The notes under the pieces: model-generated
What the model saw: the letters and a program-made list of their open reading frames with translations, nothing else
Database searches by the model: none
Told to the model about the DNA's origin: nothing
Assembly: GCA_041690355.1 (NCBI GenBank)
Contig: JAWLHK010000022.1
Coordinates: 1-64,000 of the forward strand
Direction of reading: 5' to 3'
Source: a bacterium
Lineage (GTDB): Bacteria > J088 > JAWLBW01
DNA length: 64,000 bases
In this document: in pieces, positions 39,177-51,623 of the stretch
How the letters are laid out: each line of letters begins with the position of its first letter
Position numbering within the stretch: the first letter of the stretch is position 1
Position numbers and translations under genes: made by a program

Positions 39177-39566
39177 TCAGCTCGCCATCTTCTGCTTCAT
39201 GTGGTTGATGACGTGATTGTGCTCTTTGTGGGGGCTGAAGAGAATCAGTTCGGCGTCTTCATCGACGCGCACGGTGTGCCCCGGCGGCCAGTAGAAGAGG
39301 TCGCCCGCGCGGACGTTCTCTTCCTGGCCGTCGGTGTACTTGACGATGACTTCGCCCTGAAGCAGGTAGCCCCAGTGGGGGGCCTGGCAGAGATCGTCCT
39401 GCAATCCTTGCAGCAGCGGCGAAATGTCCGTCCCCTTGGCCATGGAGAAAAACTCGCCGCTCATGCTTCCGAACCCCTTCGCGTCTCCGAAATCCCCGGT
39501 GGTCTGGCGGGCAATGGCGCCGGGGGCGTCGATCTTCACCGGAATGTCCTGTTTGGCAATGCGCAT
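39177..39566 (-). CDS. Cupin domain protein
   Basis: CQAPHWGY..G, GD.FYWPPGH. Confidence 0.85.
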   Translation of the reverse strand: MRIAKQDIPVKIDAPGAIARQTTGDFGDAKGFGSMSGEFFSMAKGTDISPLLQGLQDDLCQAPHWGYLLQGEVIVKYTDGQEENVRAGDLFYWPPGHTVRVDEDAELILFSPHKEHNHVINHMKQKMAS

Positions 39567-39686
39567 GGAATGTATCCTTTCGACTGGTATCCAGTCTCCA
39601 GCATACACCCGTTCAGTTACTCAAGCGGTGTTTGAAAATTCACCGGATGAGCGCTCGTCACAGAACAGACGATCCCCGCAAACAGC

Positions 39687-42600
39687 CTACGGACGATAGA
39701 TTCCGCCCGTATTGATCGGCCACCCGTTGCCTTCGCCGCCCCAGATGAAGAGTTCCGTTCCGGTGAAGACCGATGTCATGTAGGGGACCGGACTCGGTAC
39801 GTACAGCCCACCGGCAAGAGGGAACCATGTATCCGAGACCACGTCGTATCGCGCGCCGCTGCTCGACGCGCCGTAGCGCGAGTTCTGGCCGCCCCAGAGG
39901 ATGACGTTGCCGCCGGTGAACACGGCGGCCGCATGCGCGCGCGCGCCGGGGCTCCCGGTCGCGCTGATCGTCTGCCAGGAGTCCGTGGCCGGCGTGTAGA
40001 GGGCGCCGTCGCCCAGATACGTTTCGCCAGGATAAATGCCCGACACGCCGCCGTAGACAAAGACGGAGCTTCCCGTCCAGACGGCGATCGACTCGCGGCG
40101 CGGGGCGAGCCCGCCGGTGACCGCCATCGGACTCCAGGTGTTGGCGGGCCAGGCGAGGCGCGCGCCGGTATTCTCATCGGTCCCCGACGTTCCGCCCCAG
40201 ACGATGAACTCCGTCCCGGTCCACACGGCCGCTGCCTCTTCGCGGGCCGAGGGCGCGCCGCTGACCGACAGCGGGTACCAGGAGTCGACGTCCGGCGCGT
40301 AGGCTGCCCCGGAGTTCAGATACGATACGCCGTCGCTCCCCCCCCAGATCAGCAGCTCGGTGTCTGCCCACGCCGCTACGTGGCCGGCGCGCCCGGCGGG
40401 GGCCTGCACGGTGCTCATCGGCGTCCATGCATCGACGCTCGGATCGTAGCGCCCACCGTCGCCGAGCACCGCCGGGCAGCCGTATTCGTCCACGCATCCG
40501 CCCCAGACGAGCATTTCGAGTCCCGTCCAGACGGCAGTGTGTCCGTAGCGCGCCGACGGTCCCGAGGCAGACATCGGGTACCAGGTGTCGGTGGCCGGCG
40601 AATAGCGGGCGCCGTCGACGCCGGCAATGTTCCAGCGGCTGCCGCCCCAGACGATGACCTCGCTCCCGGTCCACACCATGGAGTGCCCGTCGCGCGGGCT
40701 CGGGGTCTGCGGGTCGAGACCGGCAACCGGAATCCATGAATCCGAGGCGGGGTCGTAGCGCGCGCCATCATTGTGTACGACCTGGCTGGTTCTGCCGCCC
40801 CAGACGATCATTTCCGTTCCGGTCCACACGGCGCTATGATTCCGCCGGGAAGCGGGCGAGCTGGCCTGGGCGACCGAATGGGTCCATTTGTCCGCGAGCG
40901 GATCATAGAGGGCGCCGTCGCTGCCGCCCCATTGCCCCCCACCCCACACGATCATCTTATCTCCGGTCCAGATCGCCGTGTGGGCGTATCTTCCGTCGAT
41001 GGGCGCCGGCGAAAGCGCCTCCCACCGGTCTTCTGCGGGGAAGTACCGGGCGCCGTCGGCGAGGGCCACCTCATTCACTTCGCCGCCCCAGACGATCATT
41101 TCGCGTCCGGTCCACACCGCGGTCGGGTTGTCGCGGTTCGAGGGGGCGCCGCTCGTCGACGTCGGGCGCCAGGTGTCGGACTGCGGATCGTAGCGGCCTC
41201 CATCCGGAACGCCGCCGCCCCAGACGATCATCTCGCGGCCCGTCCACACGGCGACGTGGCCCGAGCCGTTCGCCGGCGCGCCCGTGAGCGAGATCGTCGA
41301 CCAGGTATCCGTCTGCGGATTGTAGCGGCCGCCATTCTGGAAGCTCCCGGAGTTGTCGTATCCGCCCCAGACGATCATCTCGGAACCGCTCCAGAGCGCC
41401 GTGTGTTTCTGGCGTTCTGCGGGGGCGCCGGTGACGCTCATCGGCCACCAGCTGTCGGTAAGTGGACTGTAACGACCCCCGTTCTGCGTATAGGGGATAC
41501 CGCCCCAGACCAGCACCTCGCTTCCGCTCCAGACGGCACTGTGTCCACGCCGGGCACTCGGTGCGCCGGTCATCGATACCGGCAGCCAGGTGTCGGTGGC
41601 GGGGTTGTACCGCGCGCCGCTGCTCAGCGGAGCATCCAGATTCGCATCGCCGCCCCAGACGATCATTTCGGTGCCGCTCCACACGGCGGTGTGCTCGCTG
41701 CGTGCATGGGGTGCGTCGCTGAAGCCGATCCAGTGGTCGCTCCCCCGGTGCACGAGGGGAACTGTGTTGGTCGAAAGCCCGTTTCCCGCCACGAGCTTCA
41801 GCGCCTGGGCGCCGCCCGGCGTTTCGTTGGCCCAGAGGGATACTCCGGTATCCGTCCAGGAAAGGGAGCTGGCGAGGAATTCGCCGTCGTACACGGAGCC
41901 CGTGGTTGCGCCGAGGTACCGTCCGTTCACGCTCACGGTGGTTCCCGCACTGACGTGGCGCGGCCAGCGCGTGTCGATCCAGGGGCGCTTGTTCTCGAAG
42001 AAAACCTGGTTGGAGACCCCTTCGTTGCGCCGGAGGAAGATCGGCTGGAGTCCCGGCATGGAACCCGGCGGGACCCGCAGCGTGATCGACGTATCTGACC
42101 AGGCGATGGCCTCGGTGACGGCCGTACCGAACCAGACCTGCGCCGTGTCCTGCGCCGCTCCGAAGCCGCTCCCCGAGAGGGTAATTTCGCTGCCGGGGAG
42201 ACCGAAGGCCGGCGTCAATCCGGAGATATTCATGCGCGAGAAGACCGTCGAGGCTTTCGCCGTCAGGGACGTATTGCCGACGGCGTCGCGCACGCGCACG
42301 TACACGAGAGTCAGGCCATCGGGAGCCGTCGGAAAGAACGTCGGCGCCGAACGGAAGACCTGCCACGTCGCGCCCTGGAAGGACGGCGTGCCGGCGACCT
42401 GCAGCTGCGCCGCATCGGGGGCCGAAACCGAAAGGGGGATGAACGATCCCGATTGAATCGTTCCGCTCGTCACCGTGACGATCGGTTTGGCGGGCGGCGT
42501 CGTGTCGAGAACGACGGAGGCATTGAGCTCTTCGCTTACGTTGCCGACGGCGTCGAGGGCGCGCACATGGACAGTCTTCTGGCCGTCGCCCTGGGTCAGG

Positions 42601-43421
42601 GTGACGGAAACGCTGGTGGAATAGCGGATTTTTTCTGCCGTGCTCCAGTTGCGCGTCTCGCTGATCTGCAGGTCCGAGGCCCCGTCGGCGTTGACGGAGA
42701 GCGTGAGCGTGGTCGTGCTGACCGCCGCCGGGTTCCCCGCGAAGGAGACGGCCCGCAGCACGGGTGCTTCCGTATCGAGCACGATGCCGATGGCGATCGT
42801 TTCGCTGCTGCCGCCTGCGCGGTCGATGGCCGCGAGGGAGATGGCGTTCGCTCCTTCGCGCAGGGTGACCGTGAGCGTGAACTCCGTCGCCGTATCCGGA
42901 TCCACCCTTGTGAGGCCGTTGACGAGAATGCCGGTACCGCTCTGCTTGTAGCCGGTCAGCACGAGCGCCGCCTCACGGGTCACGGCGGGCGGGGCCGACG
43001 CCAGCATGGGGGGGGCGAGGCTGACCGGGTTCATGACGATGATCCCGGCGTCGGCGATCATGCCGGCTTCGACCACGACGCCGTCCACGAAACCGCGATA
43101 GAGGGTCCGGCCGCCCGAGCGTCCTTCGGCCATCACGCGGAAGGTTCCCGGGTTGACGGGCGAAAGCTCGCCGCCGCCGCTTTCATAGGGAAATTCCGCC
43201 TGCGCAGCCGTCTGCCCGTCGGCGAGCGCGGCGAGCACGACCGTCTCGGGCAGCGCGAAGTCGGCCGGCGCCGCCGCCGTGCGGAAGCGGGCGGAGGACT
43301 GTGCGGCCTCAGCGCCGAAGGGGAACTGGAGGCGTGCCTGAATCCCCCCGGTTCCCGAGTTCCCCATGCAGGCGGTCAGCCCGGCGAGCACGAGGGCAAG
43401 CGCCCATCGGCCGGCCGGCAT
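39687..43421 (-). CDS. Large lipoprotein with Ig-like, IPT/TIG and about 14 Kelch-like repeats
   Basis: Lipobox LTAC; LDT.AP Ig-like units; repeated R..H.AVW.G.EM.VWGG...G.RY.P..D.W. Confidence 0.88.
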   Translation of the reverse strand: MPAGRWALALVLAGLTACMGNSGTGGIQARLQFPFGAEAAQSSARFRTAAAPADFALPETVVLAALADGQTAAQAEFPYESGGGELSPVNPGTFRVMAEGRSGGRTLYRGFVDGVVVEAGMIADAGIIVMNPVSLAPPMLASAPPAVTREAALVLTGYKQSGTGILVNGLTRVDPDTATEFTLTVTLREGANAISLAAIDRAGGSSETIAIGIVLDTEAPVLRAVSFAGNPAAVSTTTLTLSVNADGASDLQISETRNWSTAEKIRYSTSVSVTLTQGDGQKTVHVRALDAVGNVSEELNASVVLDTTPPAKPIVTVTSGTIQSGSFIPLSVSAPDAAQLQVAGTPSFQGATWQVFRSAPTFFPTAPDGLTLVYVRVRDAVGNTSLTAKASTVFSRMNISGLTPAFGLPGSEITLSGSGFGAAQDTAQVWFGTAVTEAIAWSDTSITLRVPPGSMPGLQPIFLRRNEGVSNQVFFENKRPWIDTRWPRHVSAGTTVSVNGRYLGATTGSVYDGEFLASSLSWTDTGVSLWANETPGGAQALKLVAGNGLSTNTVPLVHRGSDHWIGFSDAPHARSEHTAVWSGTEMIVWGGDANLDAPLSSGARYNPATDTWLPVSMTGAPSARRGHSAVWSGSEVLVWGGIPYTQNGGRYSPLTDSWWPMSVTGAPAERQKHTALWSGSEMIVWGGYDNSGSFQNGGRYNPQTDTWSTISLTGAPANGSGHVAVWTGREMIVWGGGVPDGGRYDPQSDTWRPTSTSGAPSNRDNPTAVWTGREMIVWGGEVNEVALADGARYFPAEDRWEALSPAPIDGRYAHTAIWTGDKMIVWGGGQWGGSDGALYDPLADKWTHSVAQASSPASRRNHSAVWTGTEMIVWGGRTSQVVHNDGARYDPASDSWIPVAGLDPQTPSPRDGHSMVWTGSEVIVWGGSRWNIAGVDGARYSPATDTWYPMSASGPSARYGHTAVWTGLEMLVWGGCVDEYGCPAVLGDGGRYDPSVDAWTPMSTVQAPAGRAGHVAAWADTELLIWGGSDGVSYLNSGAAYAPDVDSWYPLSVSGAPSAREEAAAVWTGTEFIVWGGTSGTDENTGARLAWPANTWSPMAVTGGLAPRRESIAVWTGSSVFVYGGVSGIYPGETYLGDGALYTPATDSWQTISATGSPGARAHAAAVFTGGNVILWGGQNSRYGASSSGARYDVVSDTWFPLAGGLYVPSPVPYMTSVFTGTELFIWGGEGNGWPINTGGIYRP

Positions 43422-43577
43422 CCGGCCTTCTTCGGTTCCCGTGTGGATTCCCTTCAGCATACCTGCCTCCCATCCGTCGCCGAACCCCTCGGCGGCCGCA
43501 GGCCGGAAGGGTGGCTCCTCAGTGTGGGGACATCATATCAAGGGACGGCGCGTTATGCAGGAGGTGCAATCACGGTA

Positions 43578-43631
43578 CCCTTGCAGGAGCGGGGGAGTGG
43601 GGGAGGGGGAGAAGGGGGGATGAAGCAAGGG
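43578..43631 (+). repeat. G-rich element copy 2 flanked by CCCTTGC/GCAAGGG
   Basis: 43586-43621 matches 22197-22232 at 35/36 nt. Confidence 0.85.
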
Positions 43632-43692
43632 CGAAGCAAGAACAAGAGTTCGGTGAACGGCGCGACCTGCAGCGTCGGCCCGGAGGTCCCGT

Positions 43693-44805
43693 CTACCGGT
43701 CATCCGCACGCGAGCACAGGCACGCGTCTGCCGACTTCAGCGAGAGCCACTCTTCGGGGGTGAGGAGGGGCGGGCTTGCAGCTGCCCCTGGCAGAAAGGC
43801 GGCCGCATTCCGCATCCGCTCGTCGGTCGACGGGTGTGAAGAGAGCCACGCGGCCCATTCCCCCATATCGAAGTCCCCAGAGATCCTGTCCAGCAGGCGC
43901 GCGAGTCCGGCAGTGTCCCTGCCGAGCGACTGGAGAACCTCGGCGGCGAACCGGTCGGCTTCGCGTTCTTCGTCGCGGTCGTGCGCCAGCGTGACGAGGG
44001 TCGAACCGCTGTCAATGAGCAGTGTTGAGACTGCGGTGACGTCGCCGATCAATACACCGGTGACGAAGGCGAGCCATGCCGATCGCAGGAGCCGCTTCGT
44101 TCCGTGCCGGTGCTGAATATGCCCCAGCTCGTGCGCGAGCAGGCCGAACAGTTCGTCTTCGTCTTGCATCACGTCGAGAATGCCCTGGAAGACGACGATG
44201 TAGCCGCCGGGGAGCGCAAAGGCGTTCTCGACCGGGAGATCGCTCACGAGGACGGTCACCGGCCCCAGATCGGGATGCAGGGCCTCGATGCGCTCAATAC
44301 TGCTCCGCAGGACCCCCTCCCGGAGGTTGGTCACCGGCGCTTCGTGATTCTGCTCGAACCACTCCAGCGCCGACTCGCCGATCTTCTGCTCGAGCTCAGG
44401 CGGAAAAAAGGGGAGCGTCAGCGCGACGGCCGCCTGCGTTCCATAGGTGAACAGGCCTGCCATCAGCAGGCCGAGAGCCGCCGTCCAGATCAGGAGGCGC
44501 ACCCAGACGGGCGATCGCGCAAAGGGGACGGTGGGAACATATCCGTAGTCGCCCAGCGCCCGCAACACGTTGGCATCGGTGGTTTCCAGAACAACCCTCT
44601 CGGGGAGGGCGATCCGGGCGTATCCGCGCTGGAGCTCGATGCCGAGAACCTCCAGCCTGGCGAAGCGTGTGCTGACCCCCGCACAGGTTACCCAGAGCGA
44701 GTCGGCAGCGACGCGCAGCTCGCCTGCGCGCAGGGTCGCCGACTCGCCGTCAAAGACCTGAACGGGTGCGCCGGACGACTCAGATGGCGAGATCGCCGCC
44801 GACAT
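43693..44805 (-). CDS. M48 family metallopeptidase
   Basis: NAFALPGG, AHELGH, EREAD, SSHP. Confidence 0.9.
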   Translation of the reverse strand: MSAAISPSESSGAPVQVFDGESATLRAGELRVAADSLWVTCAGVSTRFARLEVLGIELQRGYARIALPERVVLETTDANVLRALGDYGYVPTVPFARSPVWVRLLIWTAALGLLMAGLFTYGTQAAVALTLPFFPPELEQKIGESALEWFEQNHEAPVTNLREGVLRSSIERIEALHPDLGPVTVLVSDLPVENAFALPGGYIVVFQGILDVMQDEDELFGLLAHELGHIQHRHGTKRLLRSAWLAFVTGVLIGDVTAVSTLLIDSGSTLVTLAHDRDEEREADRFAAEVLQSLGRDTAGLARLLDRISGDFDMGEWAAWLSSHPSTDERMRNAAAFLPGAAASPPLLTPEEWLSLKSADACLCSRADDR

Positions 44806-45790
44806 CGAGCTGATCTCCCAGCAGGTCACCACCGGCCGACGAATCCTGCAGCGCAATCTGAATGGCGCGATCGATATCCAGTGTTCCGTGAAGCCGGATA
44901 TGGCTCAGGTAGAAGCGCAGATTGCGGACCATGGCCCAGGGGGCGCCGAGCCCGAGCGTCAACGCGATCAGAAAGAAGTTGCCGAGCTTGAGACGGAAGA
45001 AGTCTCCCGGCTGTACATCGGCCGAGAAGCGGGAGGTGTTTCCCTCCCCGTCGGTCGCCACGACATGGCCGACCCAGTAGTTGAAGACCCGCGGTGCGTA
45101 CCAGAAGGAGTAGATGCCGAGGGTGAGCAGGGTGAGCCACTGTCCCCAGAAACCGAGCGGCCAGAAAGCGTTGCGATCGCCGTCGAAGGAAAACCGGACA
45201 TTCCCGAAGCGCAGATTGTTGAACACGTACTCCCACCGGTAGTGCAGGTAGCGGGGGAGCAGGTAGTAGAAGGAGAAGGCGGCGCCCAGCAGGTAGGCGA
45301 AGGCCTGGTTGGTAAATTCTTTCGCCGAGCCGTCGAGGTGGAACCGGATCTCCCGGAGCGTCGTGCGCGAGTAGCGGTAGCGCCGGGACGCAAAATAGGC
45401 AAACTGGTACAGCCATGCGCCAAGGACATAGAGAATCACGGAGGCGACGGCGGCGCCGACCGGGGAGACGAGCGTGAGCAGCTGCGGCCCGTAGAGAAAG
45501 AGCAGGATGAAGGCGGCGACCTTCACGAAGCCGCTGAAGATTTCGCGGGCCGTTCCCGTGAAGCGGAACCGGCTGCCGCCGATTTCGGTGTTGCTCCAGA
45601 GAAACCGGTAGTTCCGCAGGCGCGCCCAGGGAAAGTAGACGCCCAGGGTCAGCACCATGAGAATGGCATTCGTGAGCTTGATGGACAGGAGGTCGCCCCC
45701 CGTGCCGTGGAAGACAGGCTGATAGTCCTTCGGTGCCGGCGCGGTTTCGGGCGTGACTTCGGGCGCCGGTGCAACGAGAGTCGTTTCCAT
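44780..45790 (-). CDS. YjgN/DUF898 family membrane protein
   Basis: F.G, LTLG.Y.PWA repeats; paired with M48 peptidase. Confidence 0.88.
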   Translation of the reverse strand: METTLVAPAPEVTPETAPAPKDYQPVFHGTGGDLLSIKLTNAILMVLTLGVYFPWARLRNYRFLWSNTEIGGSRFRFTGTAREIFSGFVKVAAFILLFLYGPQLLTLVSPVGAAVASVILYVLGAWLYQFAYFASRRYRYSRTTLREIRFHLDGSAKEFTNQAFAYLLGAAFSFYYLLPRYLHYRWEYVFNNLRFGNVRFSFDGDRNAFWPLGFWGQWLTLLTLGIYSFWYAPRVFNYWVGHVVATDGEGNTSRFSADVQPGDFFRLKLGNFFLIALTLGLGAPWAMVRNLRFYLSHIRLHGTLDIDRAIQIALQDSSAGGDLLGDQLDVGGDLAI

Positions 45791-46014
45791 CCGTCCTCCG
45801 GGGGGTAAGGGGGAATTCCCCAATCATAGCGCCCGGCAATCGGATATGGCAAGGAATTTTTTCGGCGGCTCGCTTTCTGGCGGGAGCGAGGGTGTCACAA
45901 GGGCCTGCTCGCAGCCGGATGAAGCACGGAGGTCATTTCGGGAGCGCGCGGGCCTTCTTCAACGCTTCTTCACCGGAAATCGTCTGGACCTTCCCTCGGT
46001 CGAGCGCCCGGCCG

Positions 46015-48267
<2,253 letters not shown>

Positions 48268-48286
48268 CAGTTCCACGGTCACCCCC

Positions 48287-48613
48287 CTAGGCCGGTTCAA
48301 TCGTGCACAGCAAAGGATACTGCGCTTTTCGTGCCAGCACTGTGACGCGGGCCGCACGGGTTTCGGCGATTTCGCGGGAATAGATCCCGGCCACGCCGAC
48401 CCCCTGGCGGTGCACGTTCAGCATGATGCGGGTCGCGTCGGCCTCGCTGTGGCGAAATACGGCCCTGAGCACGTAGATGACGAACTCCATGGTCGTGAAG
48501 TCGTCATTGTGCAGCAGCACGCGGTACGGGCGCGGCTTGTCGATCTTGCGGATGGTTTTCGGAACGGCCGCGACCAGGCCGGTCCCTTCGTCTTCGTCTC
48601 TGCGCTCGCTCAT
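48287..48613 (-). CDS. clpS: Clp adaptor ClpS
   Basis: YRVLLHNDDFTTMEFV, YPL.C. Confidence 0.95.
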   Translation of the reverse strand: MSERRDEDEGTGLVAAVPKTIRKIDKPRPYRVLLHNDDFTTMEFVIYVLRAVFRHSEADATRIMLNVHRQGVGVAGIYSREIAETRAARVTVLARKAQYPLLCTIEPA

Positions 48614-48737
48614 CGGTACGTAGTTTCGGTTCCCAATCGGCCGGGCTCGGACGGATTGGATCGAGCCATTACAAGATAATCGCCCGCTGCCCGGCTCGCA
48701 ACCAGCAGGGGGCACGGTGGGCAGAGCACATCGGGAA

Positions 48738-48917
48738 ATTTACGATTGACGATTTACGATTGACGATTGCGGCAAGGACCCAAAACCACCTTGCCCTTGC
48801 CGTGTTGGCGCTTAGCGCTCAGCGCTTGGCGCTTCACCCGGTGACGAGTGACGAGTGACGAACTTCGGACAAGTTCTCTTGGTCCGGTTCAAGAATCAGG
48901 AATCAGGAATCAGGAAT
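48738..48917 (+). repeat. Modular repeat site D
   Basis: (ATTKACG)x4; GGCAAGG..CCTTGCC; (TYRGCGC)x4; (GTGACGA)x3; GGACAAG..CTTGGTCC; (TCARGAA)x4. Confidence 0.93.
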
Positions 48918-48940
48918 GGCGGCGGCAGCCGCGCAGCGCT

Positions 48941-50275
48941 TCAGCAGCACCCGCTCTCGCCGTCGCGCTGCGCGGATGCCGCCGTGTAGACCGGCGCGAA
49001 GCCGCCCCCCGCCGTGCGGAAGTTCGTCGTCTGCCCCTGGTAGAGCCGGCCGGCGAGCAGCTGCACGCGTCCGTCGTAGACGTAATTGCGCACGTCGAGC
49101 TTGAAGGTAACCGGCGCGCCGCCGTGGTCGACCGTGCGCGTGTCGGGGGGCACCAGCTCCTGGGCCACGTAGCAGGCGGCTCCGATTTCGTCCCAGACCC
49201 GTTTCGTGAGCTTGTCGCCCCGATAGGTCGCCTTGCCGCCGTAGCCGCCCGCCGGCTTGAAGAACAGCCTGCGCCGCGCATCCCAGAGGGCCTCGCGGTT
49301 CTCGGCGGTGACCAGGCGCGTCTGCGGAATGCCGTCGAGCAGCGTGCGGGCGGTTTCGTCCGGTACCCTGCACGCTGCCAGGAAGTCAGGGTCTGACAAA
49401 CGGATCAGGTTGCGCTTGTCGGCATAGAGGGCGTGGGCGTGGGGATGCGGCGTGAGCACCACGGCGCCCGCTTCATAGGCGGCGCGCAGCTCGGCGTGAC
49501 GTGCTTCGTCGAGGTAGAAATCGGTCAGCCGGTTGTACACGAGATCGACCGGATTCCCGTTCCACCGCAAGGCAGAACCGTCGAAGGTGAATTCGCGCGG
49601 GTCGGCAATGCACGCGCGCAGCCCGGCCTTCTCGAACAGGGCCTGAAAGAGGCGGAACTCGGGGTGCAGGAACTGGCCGTCGGGATCGTCGTCGACGATG
49701 GCGATGCTGCGCAGGGGGGCTTCGCCGCGCTGGAGCGCCCACTCGGCGCGGAACATGGCGAGAAAGTGACCCTCCAGATCCGCGAGGGCGGGCGCGGCGG
49801 CGGCCAGCGGGCGAATCTCATTGCAGCAGGCCTGCTGCGCCTGCGCGAGATGGGCGTTCAGGAGTCCGCCGCCGGCGTTCGTGTTGATTTCAATGAGTTT
49901 CGGCCCCTGGGCGCCGAGGTGAAAATCGTAGCCCTGGAACACCGCGCGGGGGCCGAAGGCGAGGCGGGCGATGGCGGGGGCGCGTTCGAGCGCCCGTTCA
50001 CGGTAGACGGGGGTCGCCACGACGTCTTCCACGGCGCGGATAACGGCTTCCATCCGTCGCACGTCGGCGGGGGCGACGGCCACGGCCGAAGAGGCGAACA
50101 TGTGAATGCCGCGTTCGACCAGTTCCGCATACAGGCTGGGACCCGGCGCCCGCACCGGGGCCTGCGCCGCAAGCCGATCATCGAGTGACGCGGCAAGATG
50201 GGCGGTGTCGATGGTGAACCAGCGGGCGTCGGGCGAAGTCGAATCCACGTCTCTTAGAGTGAGCATCGGGGGCAT
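48941..50275 (-). CDS. Putative circularly permuted ATP-grasp (glutathionylspermidine synthase-like) protein
   Basis: GYDFH...LIEINTN, VYNR, FKP..GYGG, VAQE, GGGFAPV. Confidence 0.6.
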   Translation of the reverse strand: MPPMLTLRDVDSTSPDARWFTIDTAHLAASLDDRLAAQAPVRAPGPSLYAELVERGIHMFASSAVAVAPADVRRMEAVIRAVEDVVATPVYRERALERAPAIARLAFGPRAVFQGYDFHLGAQGPKLIEINTNAGGGLLNAHLAQAQQACCNEIRPLAAAAPALADLEGHFLAMFRAEWALQRGEAPLRSIAIVDDDPDGQFLHPEFRLFQALFEKAGLRACIADPREFTFDGSALRWNGNPVDLVYNRLTDFYLDEARHAELRAAYEAGAVVLTPHPHAHALYADKRNLIRLSDPDFLAACRVPDETARTLLDGIPQTRLVTAENREALWDARRRLFFKPAGGYGGKATYRGDKLTKRVWDEIGAACYVAQELVPPDTRTVDHGGAPVTFKLDVRNYVYDGRVQLLAGRLYQGQTTNFRTAGGGFAPVYTAASAQRDGESGCC

Positions 50276-50292
50276 GGTTGTCAACTATCGAG

Positions 50293-50368
50293 GATGCCCG
50301 ATGTTCAATGCCCGATGCCCAACCAGACGAAAAACTGACAACTGAAAACTGGAAACTGAAAACTGAAA
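50293..50368 (+). repeat. Two further heptamer arrays (site E)
   Basis: (RATGYYC)x4 50293-50320; (AAAACTG-like)x5 50331-50368. Confidence 0.85.
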
Positions 50369-50372
50369 CGGT

Positions 50373-50858
50373 TCACCGCCCCCGCACGTCTGCGTTCCGA
50401 AGTTCACCGTTGACATAGGTGATTTTTCCCTCGAACGGCTCGCCGCGCAGCACGTAGGGAAGAAATGCCAGATCGCCCGGCCAGAGCGGCAGCGAGAGCA
50501 TCCGGTCGGCCGGAACCCACTCGAGGTCCCCTTCGGCGCTGGTCGCGAACGGCGTGCCCGACCATTGCGTCACCAGAAACACGTGCATGCTCTCGTCCAT
50601 CGGTCCGCTCTCGGTCGTGTGGAATCCGGGAAAGGCCACGTGCCCGAGCAGGACCGCGCGCTCGACCGTGAGCCCCGTTTCCTCATGCACCTCGCGAAGC
50701 ATGGTCTCACGCGGCGACTCGCCCGGTTCCATTTTGCCGCCCGGGGCGTTATACTTGCCGGCGTGCAGGTCGCCCGGCTTCTTGCCGCGCACGAGAAACA
50801 GATAGCGGTTCTGGTCGTCGCGCACGAAGCAGAGCACGGTTTCGAGCACGGCGCGCAC
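50373..50858 (-). CDS. NUDIX hydrolase (MutT/MutX-like)
   Basis: GGKMEPGES....REVHEETGL; EGDLEWV, LWPGD. Confidence 0.9.
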   Translation of the reverse strand: MRAVLETVLCFVRDDQNRYLFLVRGKKPGDLHAGKYNAPGGKMEPGESPRETMLREVHEETGLTVERAVLLGHVAFPGFHTTESGPMDESMHVFLVTQWSGTPFATSAEGDLEWVPADRMLSLPLWPGDLAFLPYVLRGEPFEGKITYVNGELRNADVRGR

Positions 50859-50869
50859 GGGTCGGCCCC

Positions 50870-51607
50870 TCAGAAATCCCGCAGGTACTCGACGACGGCG
50901 TCGATGACCTCGGGCGACATGAGAAACGAGAGATGCCCCTGATCGTCCATGTTGAAATTAATCGCGTTGAAGCGATCTTCGGGGAGCAGGGCGTTCTTGT
51001 ACGGCGTCACGAGCACGTCGCGGCGGCTGTAGAAGCTGTACCAGCGCACGCGGTTCGTGACGGGCAGGGCGTTCAGCTTCATGATGAACTTGGAGCCCGG
51101 GCGCATCTGGCGCGCGGCCGGCGCGGCTGACAAGTATGCGGCCACCGTCCCCTGATGGGGCGTGCCCATGGTCACGCACTTGCTCACGCGCTGGTCGCCA
51201 CCGAGGGCCTGAATGTAGTAGCGGGCGACGAGGCCCCCCAGGCTGTGGCCGACGATGTGCACCTTCTCGCGGCGCGAGATGAGCAGCACCTCTTCGACGC
51301 GCGTGGCGAGCGAATCGGCCATGGCCTCGATGGTGTTCAGGGTCGAGCTGTAGTTGAAGGCGTAGAGCTTGTGAAATCCCTGCCGGCGCAGGTGGTTGCG
51401 CATGGCGAAGAATCCGCTGCGGTTGTGGAAGAAGCCGTGGATCAGGATGATCGGGATGTCGGCCTCGGCCTGCTGCGGGGTCTCGAGGGTCGAGATCGTT
51501 TCCTGCAGAATGCCCATCGGATAGCGGGCGATCAGGGCGGGTAAACTGCGGGCTTCGCCGATCAGCGAGCGAGCAATCAAAAGGACTTGCCGGGCGCTCA
51601 ATGCCAC
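50870..51607 (-). CDS. Lipase/esterase family alpha/beta hydrolase
   Basis: IHG, GHSLGG, GTPHQG, D..V.P, GH; GTG start estimated. Confidence 0.85.
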   Translation of the reverse strand: MALSARQVLLIARSLIGEARSLPALIARYPMGILQETISTLETPQQAEADIPIILIHGFFHNRSGFFAMRNHLRRQGFHKLYAFNYSSTLNTIEAMADSLATRVEEVLLISRREKVHIVGHSLGGLVARYYIQALGGDQRVSKCVTMGTPHQGTVAAYLSAAPAARQMRPGSKFIMKLNALPVTNRVRWYSFYSRRDVLVTPYKNALLPEDRFNAINFNMDDQGHLSFLMSPEVIDAVVEYLRDF

Positions 51608-51623
51608 GTGAATGCCTTTCGCT

